Notes under the pieces: model-generated
What the model was told of the DNA's origin: nothing
Databases searched by the model: none
Seen by the model: the letters and a program-made list of their open reading frames with translations, nothing else
Shown here: in pieces, positions 38,105-47,498 of the stretch
Layout of the letters: the number at the start of each line of letters is the position of its first letter
How positions within the stretch are numbered: the first letter of the stretch is position 1
Translations under genes and position numbers: made by a program
DNA from: an uncultured Gammaproteobacteria bacterium
Lineage (GTDB): Bacteria > Patescibacteriota > Microgenomatia > Levybacterales > GWA1-39-11
Direction of reading: 5' to 3'
DNA: 64,000 nt
Assembly (NCBI GenBank): GCA_964472415.1
Contig: CAYYLC010000002.1
Coordinates: forward strand, 96,470-160,469

Positions 38105-38737
38105 ATGGCAAAGAAGCAAATAAAATCAACAACACAAGGCTTTACTGAGATTGTCGATATCGTAGAAGATGTCGTGCTTTTAAAAAACAAGCGCGCGTGT
38201 ATGCTTATAGAGGTGTCTTCTGTAAACTTTTTTCTGCTTGCAGCAGACGAACAAAATGCGCGCGTGTATGGCTACATGTCCCTCATAAACTCTCTCTCTT
38301 TTGCAATCCAGATCTTAATCGTTTCAAGGAAAGTGGACATGGATACATACATTGAGACGATTGATAAGAAAATATCCACTGTTCAACACCAGCAAACAAA
38401 GGAGCATTTGATGTATTACAAAGAATTTATTCTAGAATTAGTAAAAGAAGAAGGGCTTTTAGATAAAAAAGTATACCTTGTTATCCCCTACTCATACCTT
38501 GAGGGGAACTCGGGCGCTGCGCAAAAAAACAAAACAGGGACAGTTAGCTTTGGCGACCAAGCAAAAGCAGCGCTGCTTTCTAAATCTCAGCTAATAATGT
38601 CTCAGGTGCAACGCATGGGACTAACTGCAAGACGCCTTGGCCACGAAGAACTTATTAAGGTGTTTTATGAAGTCCTCAATGACGACCAAATAAACCTGGA
38701 TTTTGAATCGAATGATATAAAAAATATAATTCTATAA
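38105..38737 (+). CDS. Hypothetical protein resembling the VirB4 N-terminal domain
   Basis: IVDIVEDVVLLKNKRACMLIEVSSVNFFLLAADEQNARVYGYMSLINSLSFAIQILIVSRKVD resembles the conserved start of TraC/VirB4 N-domains. Lies between the VirB3-like and VirB4 genes. Confidence 0.4.
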   Translation: MAKKQIKSTTQGFTEIVDIVEDVVLLKNKRACMLIEVSSVNFFLLAADEQNARVYGYMSLINSLSFAIQILIVSRKVDMDTYIETIDKKISTVQHQQTKEHLMYYKEFILELVKEEGLLDKKVYLVIPYSYLEGNSGAAQKNKTGTVSFGDQAKAALLSKSQLIMSQVQRMGLTARRLGHEELIKVFYEVLNDDQINLDFESNDIKNIIL

Positions 38738-38740
38738 TTT

Positions 38741-40999
38741 ATGTTTGGACTCGGCAAAAAAACACAACAACAAACACAACAGGTACCCCCGACTAATACC
38801 CCTGTGCAACAAAATCCGCAACAACAAGGACAGACTCCTACTACCCCAAACCCGCAACCCCCTCACCAGACACCTCCTCCGCCACAAGTACCCCAAAAAG
38901 GGCGAAAGCCTTCTCCGAACGCACATATGGAAGAACTCAAGAATGGATCTGTTTCCATTGTGGACATCATTGCCCCATCTTCAGTGGAAGTAGATTTCCG
39001 GCACATTCGCGTCGGAGACAAATTCTATCGTACCTTTTTTGTGGTTGACTATCCTCGCCAAGTTTCTCCGAACTGGCTGTCTATCCTTATCGATCACAAA
39101 GAGACAATGAACATTTCTATGTACCTATATCCGGTAGAAAGCAAAGATGTGCTATCAAATCTACGACGAAAGATCGCTGAAATGGAGGCAACACTCCAGT
39201 CAGATGCCCAAAACGGTGTCATCCCGGACCCAAAAATCCAAGCCTCTCTTGAAGACGCGATCTCGCTCCGTGAAGAACTTGCCCGAGGACTTGAGCGGTT
39301 TTTCCAGTTCGGGCTCTATGTCACAATTTCCGCAGAGAACATTGAAGCACTCAATATGAAGTCAAAAGAACTTATCTCACTACTTGCCTCAAACCTACTC
39401 GTCGTAAAGCCCGCAACACTCCAAATGGAAGAAGGCTTTAAAACCACCCTGCCTCAAGGAAATGATAAGCTTCTCATCACTCGCAACATGGACACAACCT
39501 CTGTTGCATCCACATTTCCATTCACCGGCTATGAAATCTCTCATCCCAATGGGATACTATACGGAATAAACACGCTTAATAACTCACTGGTTATCGTAGA
39601 CAGATTTTCTCTTGAGAATGCAAACGAAGTTGTGTTTGGAAAATCTGGATCTGGAAAGTCTTTCCTCATAAAGCTCGAACTCATGCGTCAATATATGTTT
39701 GATGCAGAAATCATCATCATCGATCCAGAGGACGAATACAAGACGCTCTGTCAATCACTCGGCGGGGAATATATTACATTCTCTAAAGATTCGGAGGTAA
39801 AAATAAACCCATTCGCGCTTCTTCTTGACGACACCTCTGAAAACCAACTGAGCTTAAAGATTCTTGCAGTCCATGGCCTATTAAAGTCCATGCTTGGCGA
39901 AATGACGGCAACCCAAGAAGCGATTCTCGACCGTGCAGTAGTTCTTGCCTACAAACAAAAAGGCATTACACCAAATCCGTCAACCTATAAAAATGAGCCG
40001 CCAATTTTAGAAGATTTATATAAAACCCTCCTCAACATGGAGGAGGCAGAGGCAAAGGAGCTTGCATTCCGTCTCGAAAAATATGTAAAGGGAGGCTTTT
40101 CAGGCCTTTTCAACCACCAAACAAACTATGATGTCCACAATAAAATGACCGTATTCTCTCTCAGGCAGCTTGAGGATGTGCTGAGGCCAATTGCCATGCA
40201 TGTTATTTTAGATTTTATATGGTCGCGTGTCAGGACGAAACTCAAAAAAAGAATTCTCGTCGTTGATGAGGCCTGGTATATGATGCGCTACCCAGACTCT
40301 GCCGCATTTCTTCAAGGAATCGCGAAGCGCGCACGAAAATACTATCTAGGCGTGACCACGCTCACACAAGACATCCAAGACTTTCTATCGAGTGATTATG
40401 GACGTGCAATTCTCTCCAACTCTTCAATTCAAATCCTTCTCAAACAAGGCTCTTCAGAAGTGGAAACGCTCGCCAAAACACTAAACCTATCAGGCGGAGA
40501 GAAACAATACCTACTAACCGCACAGGTCGGAGAAGGGCTACTCTTTGCGGGACAGAATCATGTAACCGCACAGTTTATTTCTTCTCAATTCGAGTATGAT
40601 CTTATCACCTCCAAACCTCAAGACATATTGAATCAGCAATCCGAAGATACTCCGCCTCCGCCACCACTAGAACCAGAACCACTTACCCCTTCACAGGGTG
40701 ATACCTTCGCTGTGCCTGGCCAATCAAGCACACCGCAACAACCTTTCCCGCAAACACCAAGCGCTCCTCCTCTACCATCCACCACTCCAGAAGTGGGGCT
40801 AAATGCAAATGTCATGCCAGACCAACTTCAACCACAAACAACTGGGATCAATACCACAAATCCACAGAGCACCCCGCCCATACCTCAAAGAGGCTTTACA
40901 GCGCCCACACAAAACGTGCTAGAAGGCTCGCAAGTTCCCGCCCAACCGCAACAATCGATAACAAACAACTCTGCCACAGATCAACCCACTCGTTCATAA
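38741..40999 (+). CDS. virB4: VirB4/TrbE/CagE-family T4SS ATPase
   Basis: Walker A VVFGKSGSGKSFLIK, IIIIDPEDEY, Walker B RILVVDEAWYMM, GVTTLTQDIQDF. N- and C-termini are Gln/Pro-rich low complexity. Confidence 0.85.
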   Translation: MFGLGKKTQQQTQQVPPTNTPVQQNPQQQGQTPTTPNPQPPHQTPPPPQVPQKGRKPSPNAHMEELKNGSVSIVDIIAPSSVEVDFRHIRVGDKFYRTFFVVDYPRQVSPNWLSILIDHKETMNISMYLYPVESKDVLSNLRRKIAEMEATLQSDAQNGVIPDPKIQASLEDAISLREELARGLERFFQFGLYVTISAENIEALNMKSKELISLLASNLLVVKPATLQMEEGFKTTLPQGNDKLLITRNMDTTSVASTFPFTGYEISHPNGILYGINTLNNSLVIVDRFSLENANEVVFGKSGSGKSFLIKLELMRQYMFDAEIIIIDPEDEYKTLCQSLGGEYITFSKDSEVKINPFALLLDDTSENQLSLKILAVHGLLKSMLGEMTATQEAILDRAVVLAYKQKGITPNPSTYKNEPPILEDLYKTLLNMEEAEAKELAFRLEKYVKGGFSGLFNHQTNYDVHNKMTVFSLRQLEDVLRPIAMHVILDFIWSRVRTKLKKRILVVDEAWYMMRYPDSAAFLQGIAKRARKYYLGVTTLTQDIQDFLSSDYGRAILSNSSIQILLKQGSSEVETLAKTLNLSGGEKQYLLTAQVGEGLLFAGQNHVTAQFISSQFEYDLITSKPQDILNQQSEDTPPPPPLEPEPLTPSQGDTFAVPGQSSTPQQPFPQTPSAPPLPSTTPEVGLNANVMPDQLQPQTTGINTTNPQSTPPIPQRGFTAPTQNVLEGSQVPAQPQQSITNNSATDQPTRS

Positions 41000-41002
41000 C
41001 GC

Positions 41003-42343
41003 ATGACTAACATAACTTCTGACATGATGCCCCCGGGAGCAAATATGGGTGATGACCCGCCCGAAGAGAAAGACGCGCAAAAGAAAAAACGTGGCGACAA
41101 CATCGCAGAGCGGTATGTTAAGAAAAAGATTCGAAAAACTGCCACAAAAACCGCAAAGGGGATTGGGAGGCGAATTACTACCCGCATGGCCACTCAAGCA
41201 GCAGTAAGCGTAGTACGAGGAGCAGCAACAGCAGTCGTAAGCTCTCCGGTGGGATGGATTATCGCAGCAATTATTATTGTAATTATTATTCTCATGTTTT
41301 TCTTTTTTAACATGAGCGGATCAAACAATAACCCGGATGAGTCTGAGACAACTCCGGGCATTGGCCAAACCACACCACCTATCCCTGGATTTACGCTTCG
41401 TCTAGAGGGTCCAGAGGGTGTTGAAAATGGCACCCTCATTCGATACATCATAACCTACACCTATAACGAATCAGGCACTGTCCCGCTTGACAGTATTACG
41501 ATTTACAATGACATCCCCTCCACCGTCTCGTTTGTGAACGCAACGGGAAACTATTCCAGGTCGGGAAACACTATTTCATGGCCACTCGAAGGACTGTCCA
41601 ATTCAGGTTCTTTTGAGATAACGTTTCGGCCCTCAGGTGATGATGTCTTCGTAATTAACAAAGCATACGCCCGAACTACGGTATCCGTAATTGGTGGAGG
41701 AAATCTAGGCAACCTCCTCCCGGCAATATCTGGCGCATCAACAACCGCAGACGAGCAACAACAAGCGATTGCAAATATCATAAAATCAAACCCAGAACTA
41801 CTCAACGCATACCAAACAGGTGAGGCTGCAACAGGCGTTCCCTGGCAAATTCTTGCAGCACTTCACTATCGTGAAGGGAGCCTCGACCCCAATGTTTCGC
41901 TTGCAAGTGGAAGGAGGATCGGCGAAAACGAGCCAGACATTATTCGCGGGGGAGGATGTAGCGCGACATATACCCCAGGAGAACCAGTTGCGTCTGGCGG
42001 AGGATGCATCTTTAGATCATTTGCCGACAGTGTTATTTGGGCAGCAAATCACTTCAAGGGAAAGGTCGGAGGACAAATGCCCACCACCTACCAAGGGCTC
42101 TCAAAAGCGCTTGCTTGCTACAACGGCTGTCCAGGAAATGCGAATTGTCCCAATGGAACTCCTTATAACGCTTGCCCTGCACGATTTGTTGGAGATGACA
42201 ATCCTTACGTAATGAATTATTACGACCAAATGCACGCATCGATGTATATTATTTATTGCGCTGACTTAACTCGCTGCAACCCTCCAGCTCGAGACCAAAG
42301 ACCAGGAACACTCTCTGTTATACTGGGATTAACGCGATTTTAA
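41003..42343 (+). CDS. Membrane-anchored protein with putative cell-wall hydrolase-like C-terminal domain
   Basis: Basic N-terminus, one TM (IIAAIIIVIIILMFFFF), a beta-rich middle, and a C-terminal Cys-rich domain (QILAALHYREGSL...GGGCSATYTPGEP...GGGCIF). Confidence 0.4.
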   Translation: MTNITSDMMPPGANMGDDPPEEKDAQKKKRGDNIAERYVKKKIRKTATKTAKGIGRRITTRMATQAAVSVVRGAATAVVSSPVGWIIAAIIIVIIILMFFFFNMSGSNNNPDESETTPGIGQTTPPIPGFTLRLEGPEGVENGTLIRYIITYTYNESGTVPLDSITIYNDIPSTVSFVNATGNYSRSGNTISWPLEGLSNSGSFEITFRPSGDDVFVINKAYARTTVSVIGGGNLGNLLPAISGASTTADEQQQAIANIIKSNPELLNAYQTGEAATGVPWQILAALHYREGSLDPNVSLASGRRIGENEPDIIRGGGCSATYTPGEPVASGGGCIFRSFADSVIWAANHFKGKVGGQMPTTYQGLSKALACYNGCPGNANCPNGTPYNACPARFVGDDNPYVMNYYDQMHASMYIIYCADLTRCNPPARDQRPGTLSVILGLTRF

Positions 42344-42352
42344 ACCATCATC

Positions 42353-42919
42353 ATGAATAAAAAATACATTCTTATCACCCTTCTCCTCGGCACTCTTTTG
42401 CTGCTTATCTTTTTAACCATTTTTTTCTTATCACGGGTCGTTCAACCTACCACCCCGCATGATATACACCCAACGCCAACACTAATCCAAACTATTTCTA
42501 TCACAGGAAAGCCGGACAGTACGCTTGAGGTCCCAACAAATTCTCCCGAGGAAGGCGGAGGAGTCGATTTGGAAGCTGACAGGACGCAACAATCAATTCA
42601 GGAAATCGAAAAAATTAGGCCATATCTTCCGTATTATGAAACGCTCTCACTCTCAACAGGAATAGATGTAGACGTATCTATCCCAAATAATCTCGTAGAC
42701 GCACGGCCATGGATACTTACTGTCTATATAAATGGCATTGATTTCCAGATTCCTGAAAATCTTCCTGCATACGATCTCTACAGAACATCATTTCGAGAAG
42801 CAGCCGGCAAAACCCTCACATTCTTACAAGAAAATGGTGTGAACACTTCCCTCGTCTTTATCAACTGGGGAAATGAATCGTATGTCCAAGAGCGCGCTGA
42901 ACAATGGCTAACAGAATAA
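42353..42919 (+). CDS. Bitopic membrane protein (VirB8-like topology)
   Basis: N-terminal TM then ~150-aa exodomain. Size and topology fit VirB8-like T4SS components. No sequence motif. Confidence 0.35.
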   Translation: MNKKYILITLLLGTLLLLIFLTIFFLSRVVQPTTPHDIHPTPTLIQTISITGKPDSTLEVPTNSPEEGGGVDLEADRTQQSIQEIEKIRPYLPYYETLSLSTGIDVDVSIPNNLVDARPWILTVYINGIDFQIPENLPAYDLYRTSFREAAGKTLTFLQENGVNTSLVFINWGNESYVQERAEQWLTE

Positions 42920-44133
42920 TAACTATCAACTCTTTATCCTTTTTTGTTTTTATGCTGTTTTTTTTGTGCACTCTCTTTTTTATACAAATTCCGAAAGCAC
43001 TATCTCAGACAAACTCTATTACCATTATCGGTGATTCTCTTACTGTTGGGGCGAGAAGTGCACTCCAGGAGGCATATCCTAACGCTACCATAGATGCAGA
43101 GGTCGGTCGCCAGTGGGCTACTGGCATATCAGTCCTGAGAAATCTTAATTCGCAGGGATCAGTTGGAAATACCATTATTTTTCCCCTTGGATCAAATGGG
43201 CCTGTTACCAAAGGGGATATTGACACCCTAGTAGGCCTAGCTAATGGAAAAGCCATAGTTCTTATCACACTCTTTACGACAGATCAAAGCCTTGCCTGGA
43301 TTCAGCCTAACAACACAATTATCAGAAATGCCGCACAGGAGTATTCAAATATAAAAATTGCAGACTGGGCGAGTATCGCCTCCAACAACCCATCTCTTAT
43401 TAGCTCTGATGGTATCCATCCAACCCTTGAAGGTTACACCCGACTTGCCCAGACCATCATAACCACTACTGGGCAAGGATCATCAAATTCAAAGGGCTCG
43501 AACAATACAGGATCACCTTCTCTTTCGTACCGAAGCGACAGCAATGAAATACGAACACGGGTCGGTAATCCGAAAATAGCAGCTCCAGGCGCAGACAGCC
43601 TCGTGGGAGTAGGTCTTACCATAAAACAAGCGTATGACACTTGCTCTGGAGGAGATTCACATCAACCTCCTGCCTCACTCTCTTGTCTTCAAAACCAATT
43701 AAGAGATTCTGGGTTTTCTGAAACGCAAATCAACGCTTTCTCACAGACATATCCGACAAGACTCGTAGGTTCCCCAATTGGACGAAGCGCGAGCTGTATT
43801 CAATGTCTCGGATTTGCTGGGCTCGTTCTTTCCACATACACAAACGATGGAGGCACTCTTCGGTACGCGAGCCCTAGTCAGATGACTGGACTGCAATCGT
43901 TTTCAGCCGGAGGAATTGTCTTTCAAAGACTTCCCTCAGGAACGAAGCCACAACCTGGAGATGTCGGCGTTCACGGTGGGGGAACCTTCGGACATATTGT
44001 ATTTGTGATCGAGAGTGTTGGAAACGTCCGATTTAAAGCATTAGAATCAAATGGAAATGCAGATTGCCGGATAACCGACAATCGGGATATACTGATAGAT
44101 AACTATGGATACACATTTTTCAGACAACAATAA
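42904..44133 (+). CDS. Secreted bifunctional hydrolase: SGNH/GDSL domain + CHAP domain
   Basis: TIIGDSLTVGA (GDSL block I) ... DGIHPT (block V). C-terminal CHAP-like catalytic Cys (SCIQCLGFAGLV) and His (FGHIVFVIES). Confidence 0.6.
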   Translation: MANRIITINSLSFFVFMLFFLCTLFFIQIPKALSQTNSITIIGDSLTVGARSALQEAYPNATIDAEVGRQWATGISVLRNLNSQGSVGNTIIFPLGSNGPVTKGDIDTLVGLANGKAIVLITLFTTDQSLAWIQPNNTIIRNAAQEYSNIKIADWASIASNNPSLISSDGIHPTLEGYTRLAQTIITTTGQGSSNSKGSNNTGSPSLSYRSDSNEIRTRVGNPKIAAPGADSLVGVGLTIKQAYDTCSGGDSHQPPASLSCLQNQLRDSGFSETQINAFSQTYPTRLVGSPIGRSASCIQCLGFAGLVLSTYTNDGGTLRYASPSQMTGLQSFSAGGIVFQRLPSGTKPQPGDVGVHGGGTFGHIVFVIESVGNVRFKALESNGNADCRITDNRDILIDNYGYTFFRQQ

Positions 44134-44851
44134 TTACAACACAAACGAAAGTCCGAGTTTTATCCGAAGGAATCTTCCTTTTATTTTAGTTGGAGCGCTG
44201 TTGTTACTTATCGCCACTGTCTTTCTTGTCTTAACGTTTTTTGCAAAAAATACTACAGACCCTCACCCTCACACACCTGATAATATTAATACTACTCCTA
44301 CTGCAGTGCAGCCCATAAACTTCTCTATAACTAACACGTCACCAGCAGACAACGAATCAGATGTTTATCCGGGAGAAATATCCATAACATTTACCACAAA
44401 CACTCCCCTTCTCTCTCAAGAAGATTACTTATTTCGCATGACTCCATCCCCAGAAGAAACCCCTATTATTCAAAACGAATTCCCCTCGCAAGAGATATCC
44501 TATGGAATTGTGGGAAATCTTTCCCCCGACACAACATATACCGTAGGTATTTATAATACTTCAAGCCTTCTGGTCCACTCCTGGTCATTTACCACATCAA
44601 GTGAGACGCCAGAGTCATCCTCTCGCGCAGTAAAGCTTGAACAAGAGAACGCAATAAGAAATTTTTATCCACTATTCTATGACCTTCCCTACGAAACAGA
44701 TACATTTAAAATCGACTATACTGACAGGCTTACATTAGAGGTTATTATGTATTCTGGAAACCAAACAAACACAGCACCTGCAATAGAATCCTGGATACAA
44801 GACCGCGGCGTAGATCCTGCAACCCACACGATAAACTATATTCAAAACTAA
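44105..44851 (+). CDS. Bitopic membrane hypothetical protein
   Basis: One N-terminal TM (LPFILVGALLLLIATVFLVLTFF), Thr/Pro-rich exodomain. Confidence 0.4.
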   Translation: MDTHFSDNNNYNTNESPSFIRRNLPFILVGALLLLIATVFLVLTFFAKNTTDPHPHTPDNINTTPTAVQPINFSITNTSPADNESDVYPGEISITFTTNTPLLSQEDYLFRMTPSPEETPIIQNEFPSQEISYGIVGNLSPDTTYTVGIYNTSSLLVHSWSFTTSSETPESSSRAVKLEQENAIRNFYPLFYDLPYETDTFKIDYTDRLTLEVIMYSGNQTNTAPAIESWIQDRGVDPATHTINYIQN

Positions 44852-45942
44852 TCCGTTCGGATTGGCATGATTACATGCTGAAATGAAGACGTATTATCTG
44901 AAAAGAGTGCTGGCTGCATCGGACTTTTTAACCTCATCGTTACTCGATCACCTTCAAAATTCCGCAACACATCCATTAAATACCGAATATTAAATGCGAT
45001 AGCATTATCCTCTCCCTCTTTTTCACAATCTAATAAAAACTCTCCTTCTCCAACCCCAGAAGCTTTCGAAACCAGCTTCATCTCGGAGCCGGAAACAGTA
45101 ATATTCACAATATTTGATTGATCTTTTGCAAACACACTTGCAAGCTTCACTTCTTGAATAAATGCCTCCTTATCAACTACTACTGATGTTATCGTGTCTT
45201 GTGGAACAACTTTCTCATACGGTGGAAATCTCCCCTCGATAATCCTCCCCACTAAAATAACATCACCACCTTCAAATAACACTTGATTTTCCTCGTCATT
45301 CACATACATATCGATCGTGTCTGACTTAATATTCATTGCTTCAGTAATAACCTGAATCGAGATAATGATTGGTTCCGTTATTTTTGCCACAGCAGAATCG
45401 GCAATTGTCTTTATCGTAAGTCTATATCCATCAGTTGTAACCAGATCCACACCACTCTCTTTTTTCACTACGTATACGCCCGTTAAATGGGGCCTCACGT
45501 CGTCTGATGACGCAGAGAAGGATAGATGATCAAAGAGACTATCAAACTCCTCCTTTTTTAAAGAAATTATCTTCTCACCCTTTGACTTCATAAGCTCAGG
45601 GAACTCTAAAGCACTAAGCGTCTGGAACGACATCTTGCTTCCCCGAATCGAAAACCTGAGCGTTTGTTTGTCTTCAAAAATACGCAGCTTGTCTTTTGGG
45701 AGACTATTCACTACTTCTATAAATTGCTTTCCAGGAATGCTCACACTTCCCTCTTTATCTATCTTTGCTGGGATTTTAAAAATTACCCCCATTTCAAGAT
45801 CTGTTGCTTTTATAAAAAATCCATTGTTATTTGCAACAAATAAAACGTTATTTAGTATTGGCACCTGAGAATTAGTTGGGAGAATTCTAGAAAGAATTGG
45901 TAAATAGCGTTCTATATTTTCTGTTAAAAGTTCTACTTCCAT
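44848..45942 (-). CDS. dnaN: DNA polymerase III beta sliding clamp
   Basis: 364 aa, three-domain beta-clamp pattern. Immediately downstream of dnaA. Confidence 0.85.
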   Translation of the reverse strand: MEVELLTENIERYLPILSRILPTNSQVPILNNVLFVANNNGFFIKATDLEMGVIFKIPAKIDKEGSVSIPGKQFIEVVNSLPKDKLRIFEDKQTLRFSIRGSKMSFQTLSALEFPELMKSKGEKIISLKKEEFDSLFDHLSFSASSDDVRPHLTGVYVVKKESGVDLVTTDGYRLTIKTIADSAVAKITEPIIISIQVITEAMNIKSDTIDMYVNDEENQVLFEGGDVILVGRIIEGRFPPYEKVVPQDTITSVVVDKEAFIQEVKLASVFAKDQSNIVNITVSGSEMKLVSKASGVGEGEFLLDCEKEGEDNAIAFNIRYLMDVLRNFEGDRVTMRLKSPMQPALFSDNTSSFQHVIMPIRTD

Positions 45943-46072
45943 ATATATTTATTAGTATTAGTAGTAGTATAGGTGGACAAGTGGATATACGCAAGAACGC
46001 GTGCGTGAAAACATGTTGAAAAGCTGTGTAAAAAATTGTGTAAAGAATGTTGATATGAAAAGTACGTCATTT
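45943..46072. promoter_or_regulatory. Putative oriC segment (dnaA-dnaN intergenic) with DnaA-box-like sites and AT-rich stretch
   Basis: GGTGGACAA and GTGGATATA (45972-45989) approximate TGTGGATAA. AT-rich ATATATTTATTAGTATTAGTAGTAGTAT at 45943-45970. Confidence 0.45.
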
Positions 46073-47413
46073 TTATTGTGAAAAACCTTCCTGAAGTTGC
46101 TTTTTTATAAACACGATTTCCTCATTGACTGCGTTTCCGTTTGAACTCAATGTTCTAATCTTATCCACACCATGCATGACGGTTGTGTGATCTCTTCCTC
46201 CTAAAATATTCCCAATATCTACATAGGTAAGCCCTAGCTCTTCTTTGAGCAAGAACATGCAAATCTGACGGGAATAAACAAGACTTGCAGTGCGCCGTGT
46301 TCCTTTTAGTTGTGTAGGACGAATATCAAAATAATCACAAATTATATCTATTACGTCATCGGGGTGGACGCGCTTGCGCTCGAGTTGTTTTTCACCGATT
46401 GCGCGGTTTACGATTTCTTCGGTTATCTCACTTGTGCCATTTGCTGCCAGAAGACCAGTAAGTTTTAGTATGATTCCTTCAAGCCCTCGTGTGTCTTTAA
46501 TCTTTTCAGCAATTTTCTTTGCAAGCTCAATAGGGATCTCAATCCCCCGCTTTTCACTTTTTAGAAGAATGATTGCAGTTCTGAGCTCGTCATCCGGTGG
46601 TTGGATGTCAATATTTAATCCTCCTTCAAGGCGGGACGTTATTCTCGGTTCTAGTTTTTTTATTTCATCTGGTGCACGATCTGAAGAAAAGACAACCTGC
46701 TTATTTTTTTCGATGAGTGTATTGAATGTGTGAAATAATTCTTCTTGGACCTTTTCTTTTCCAGAGAGAAACTGAATGTCGTCAAGAAGCAGGAGGTCTA
46801 CATTTCTGAACTTTTTTCGCATCTGGACCGTTTGTTTGTTCTGGATAGACTCGACGATTTCGTTGGTAAATTCTTCAGTGGTGAGATATAAGATTTTTGA
46901 ACGGGGATTTTTTTCGAACAGGTCGTTTGCGATAGCATTCATAAGATGCGTTTTTCCCACCCCCACAGTGCCATAGAGATAGAGCGGGTTGTATTTGGTT
47001 CCTGGTTCAAGTGCTACTGCAGACGCTGCAGTATAGGCAAGTTGATTACTTTCCGACACGGCAAGGTCGTCAAATGTAAAGTCTGCCTTGATTCGAGGGG
47101 GGCGATTGTGTGTGGTTGGTGTTTGTGGTGCTTGAACAAAAAGTGGTCCTACTTCTGGGGTGGCCCCTGCGGCTGTTCTTCTTATCACAAACACAAGACT
47201 CGTGTTTTTTTTAGTTTTTTTATCAAGCGACTGTTTAATAAGTGCGTGATAACGCTTTTCGAGGTAGTCAGATGTCATGGTGGTGGGAGACGCGATCGTT
47301 GCGACAGAATCTTCAAGCGATACCAATGATGCACCTTTAAAAAAGGTGATGTATTGTGGCCTACTAACTTGTACTTCAATCTCAGCAAGTACTGCTTTCC
47401 AAAGTTCGTCCAT
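46073..47413 (-). CDS. dnaA: Chromosomal replication initiator DnaA
   Basis: Walker A LYGTVGVGKTHL, box VII/sensor motifs, C-terminal DNA-binding signature DIGNILGGRDHTTVMHGVDKI. Confidence 0.9.
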   Translation of the reverse strand: MDELWKAVLAEIEVQVSRPQYITFFKGASLVSLEDSVATIASPTTMTSDYLEKRYHALIKQSLDKKTKKNTSLVFVIRRTAAGATPEVGPLFVQAPQTPTTHNRPPRIKADFTFDDLAVSESNQLAYTAASAVALEPGTKYNPLYLYGTVGVGKTHLMNAIANDLFEKNPRSKILYLTTEEFTNEIVESIQNKQTVQMRKKFRNVDLLLLDDIQFLSGKEKVQEELFHTFNTLIEKNKQVVFSSDRAPDEIKKLEPRITSRLEGGLNIDIQPPDDELRTAIILLKSEKRGIEIPIELAKKIAEKIKDTRGLEGIILKLTGLLAANGTSEITEEIVNRAIGEKQLERKRVHPDDVIDIICDYFDIRPTQLKGTRRTASLVYSRQICMFLLKEELGLTYVDIGNILGGRDHTTVMHGVDKIRTLSSNGNAVNEEIVFIKKQLQEGFSQ

Positions 47414-47461
47414 AAATATATGAGCAGGTGATACACAAAGAGTCGTACGACAGTATATGAA

Positions 47462-47470
47462 TGTGGATAA
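47462..47470 (-). promoter_or_regulatory. Consensus DnaA box (TTATCCACA) upstream of dnaA
   Basis: TGTGGATAA on the plus strand is the reverse complement of TTATCCACA, ~50 nt upstream of the dnaA start. Confidence 0.5.
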
Positions 47471-47498
47471 CTTTTTGTCAAGGGGTGAGACTGCCCTT

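Noticed and set aside
37060-38190. Multiple minus-strand ORFs (63-184 aa) overlapping the VirB3-like and VirB4-N-like genes
   Set aside because: They are antisense shadow ORFs within confidently coding plus-strand genes, with low-complexity translations.
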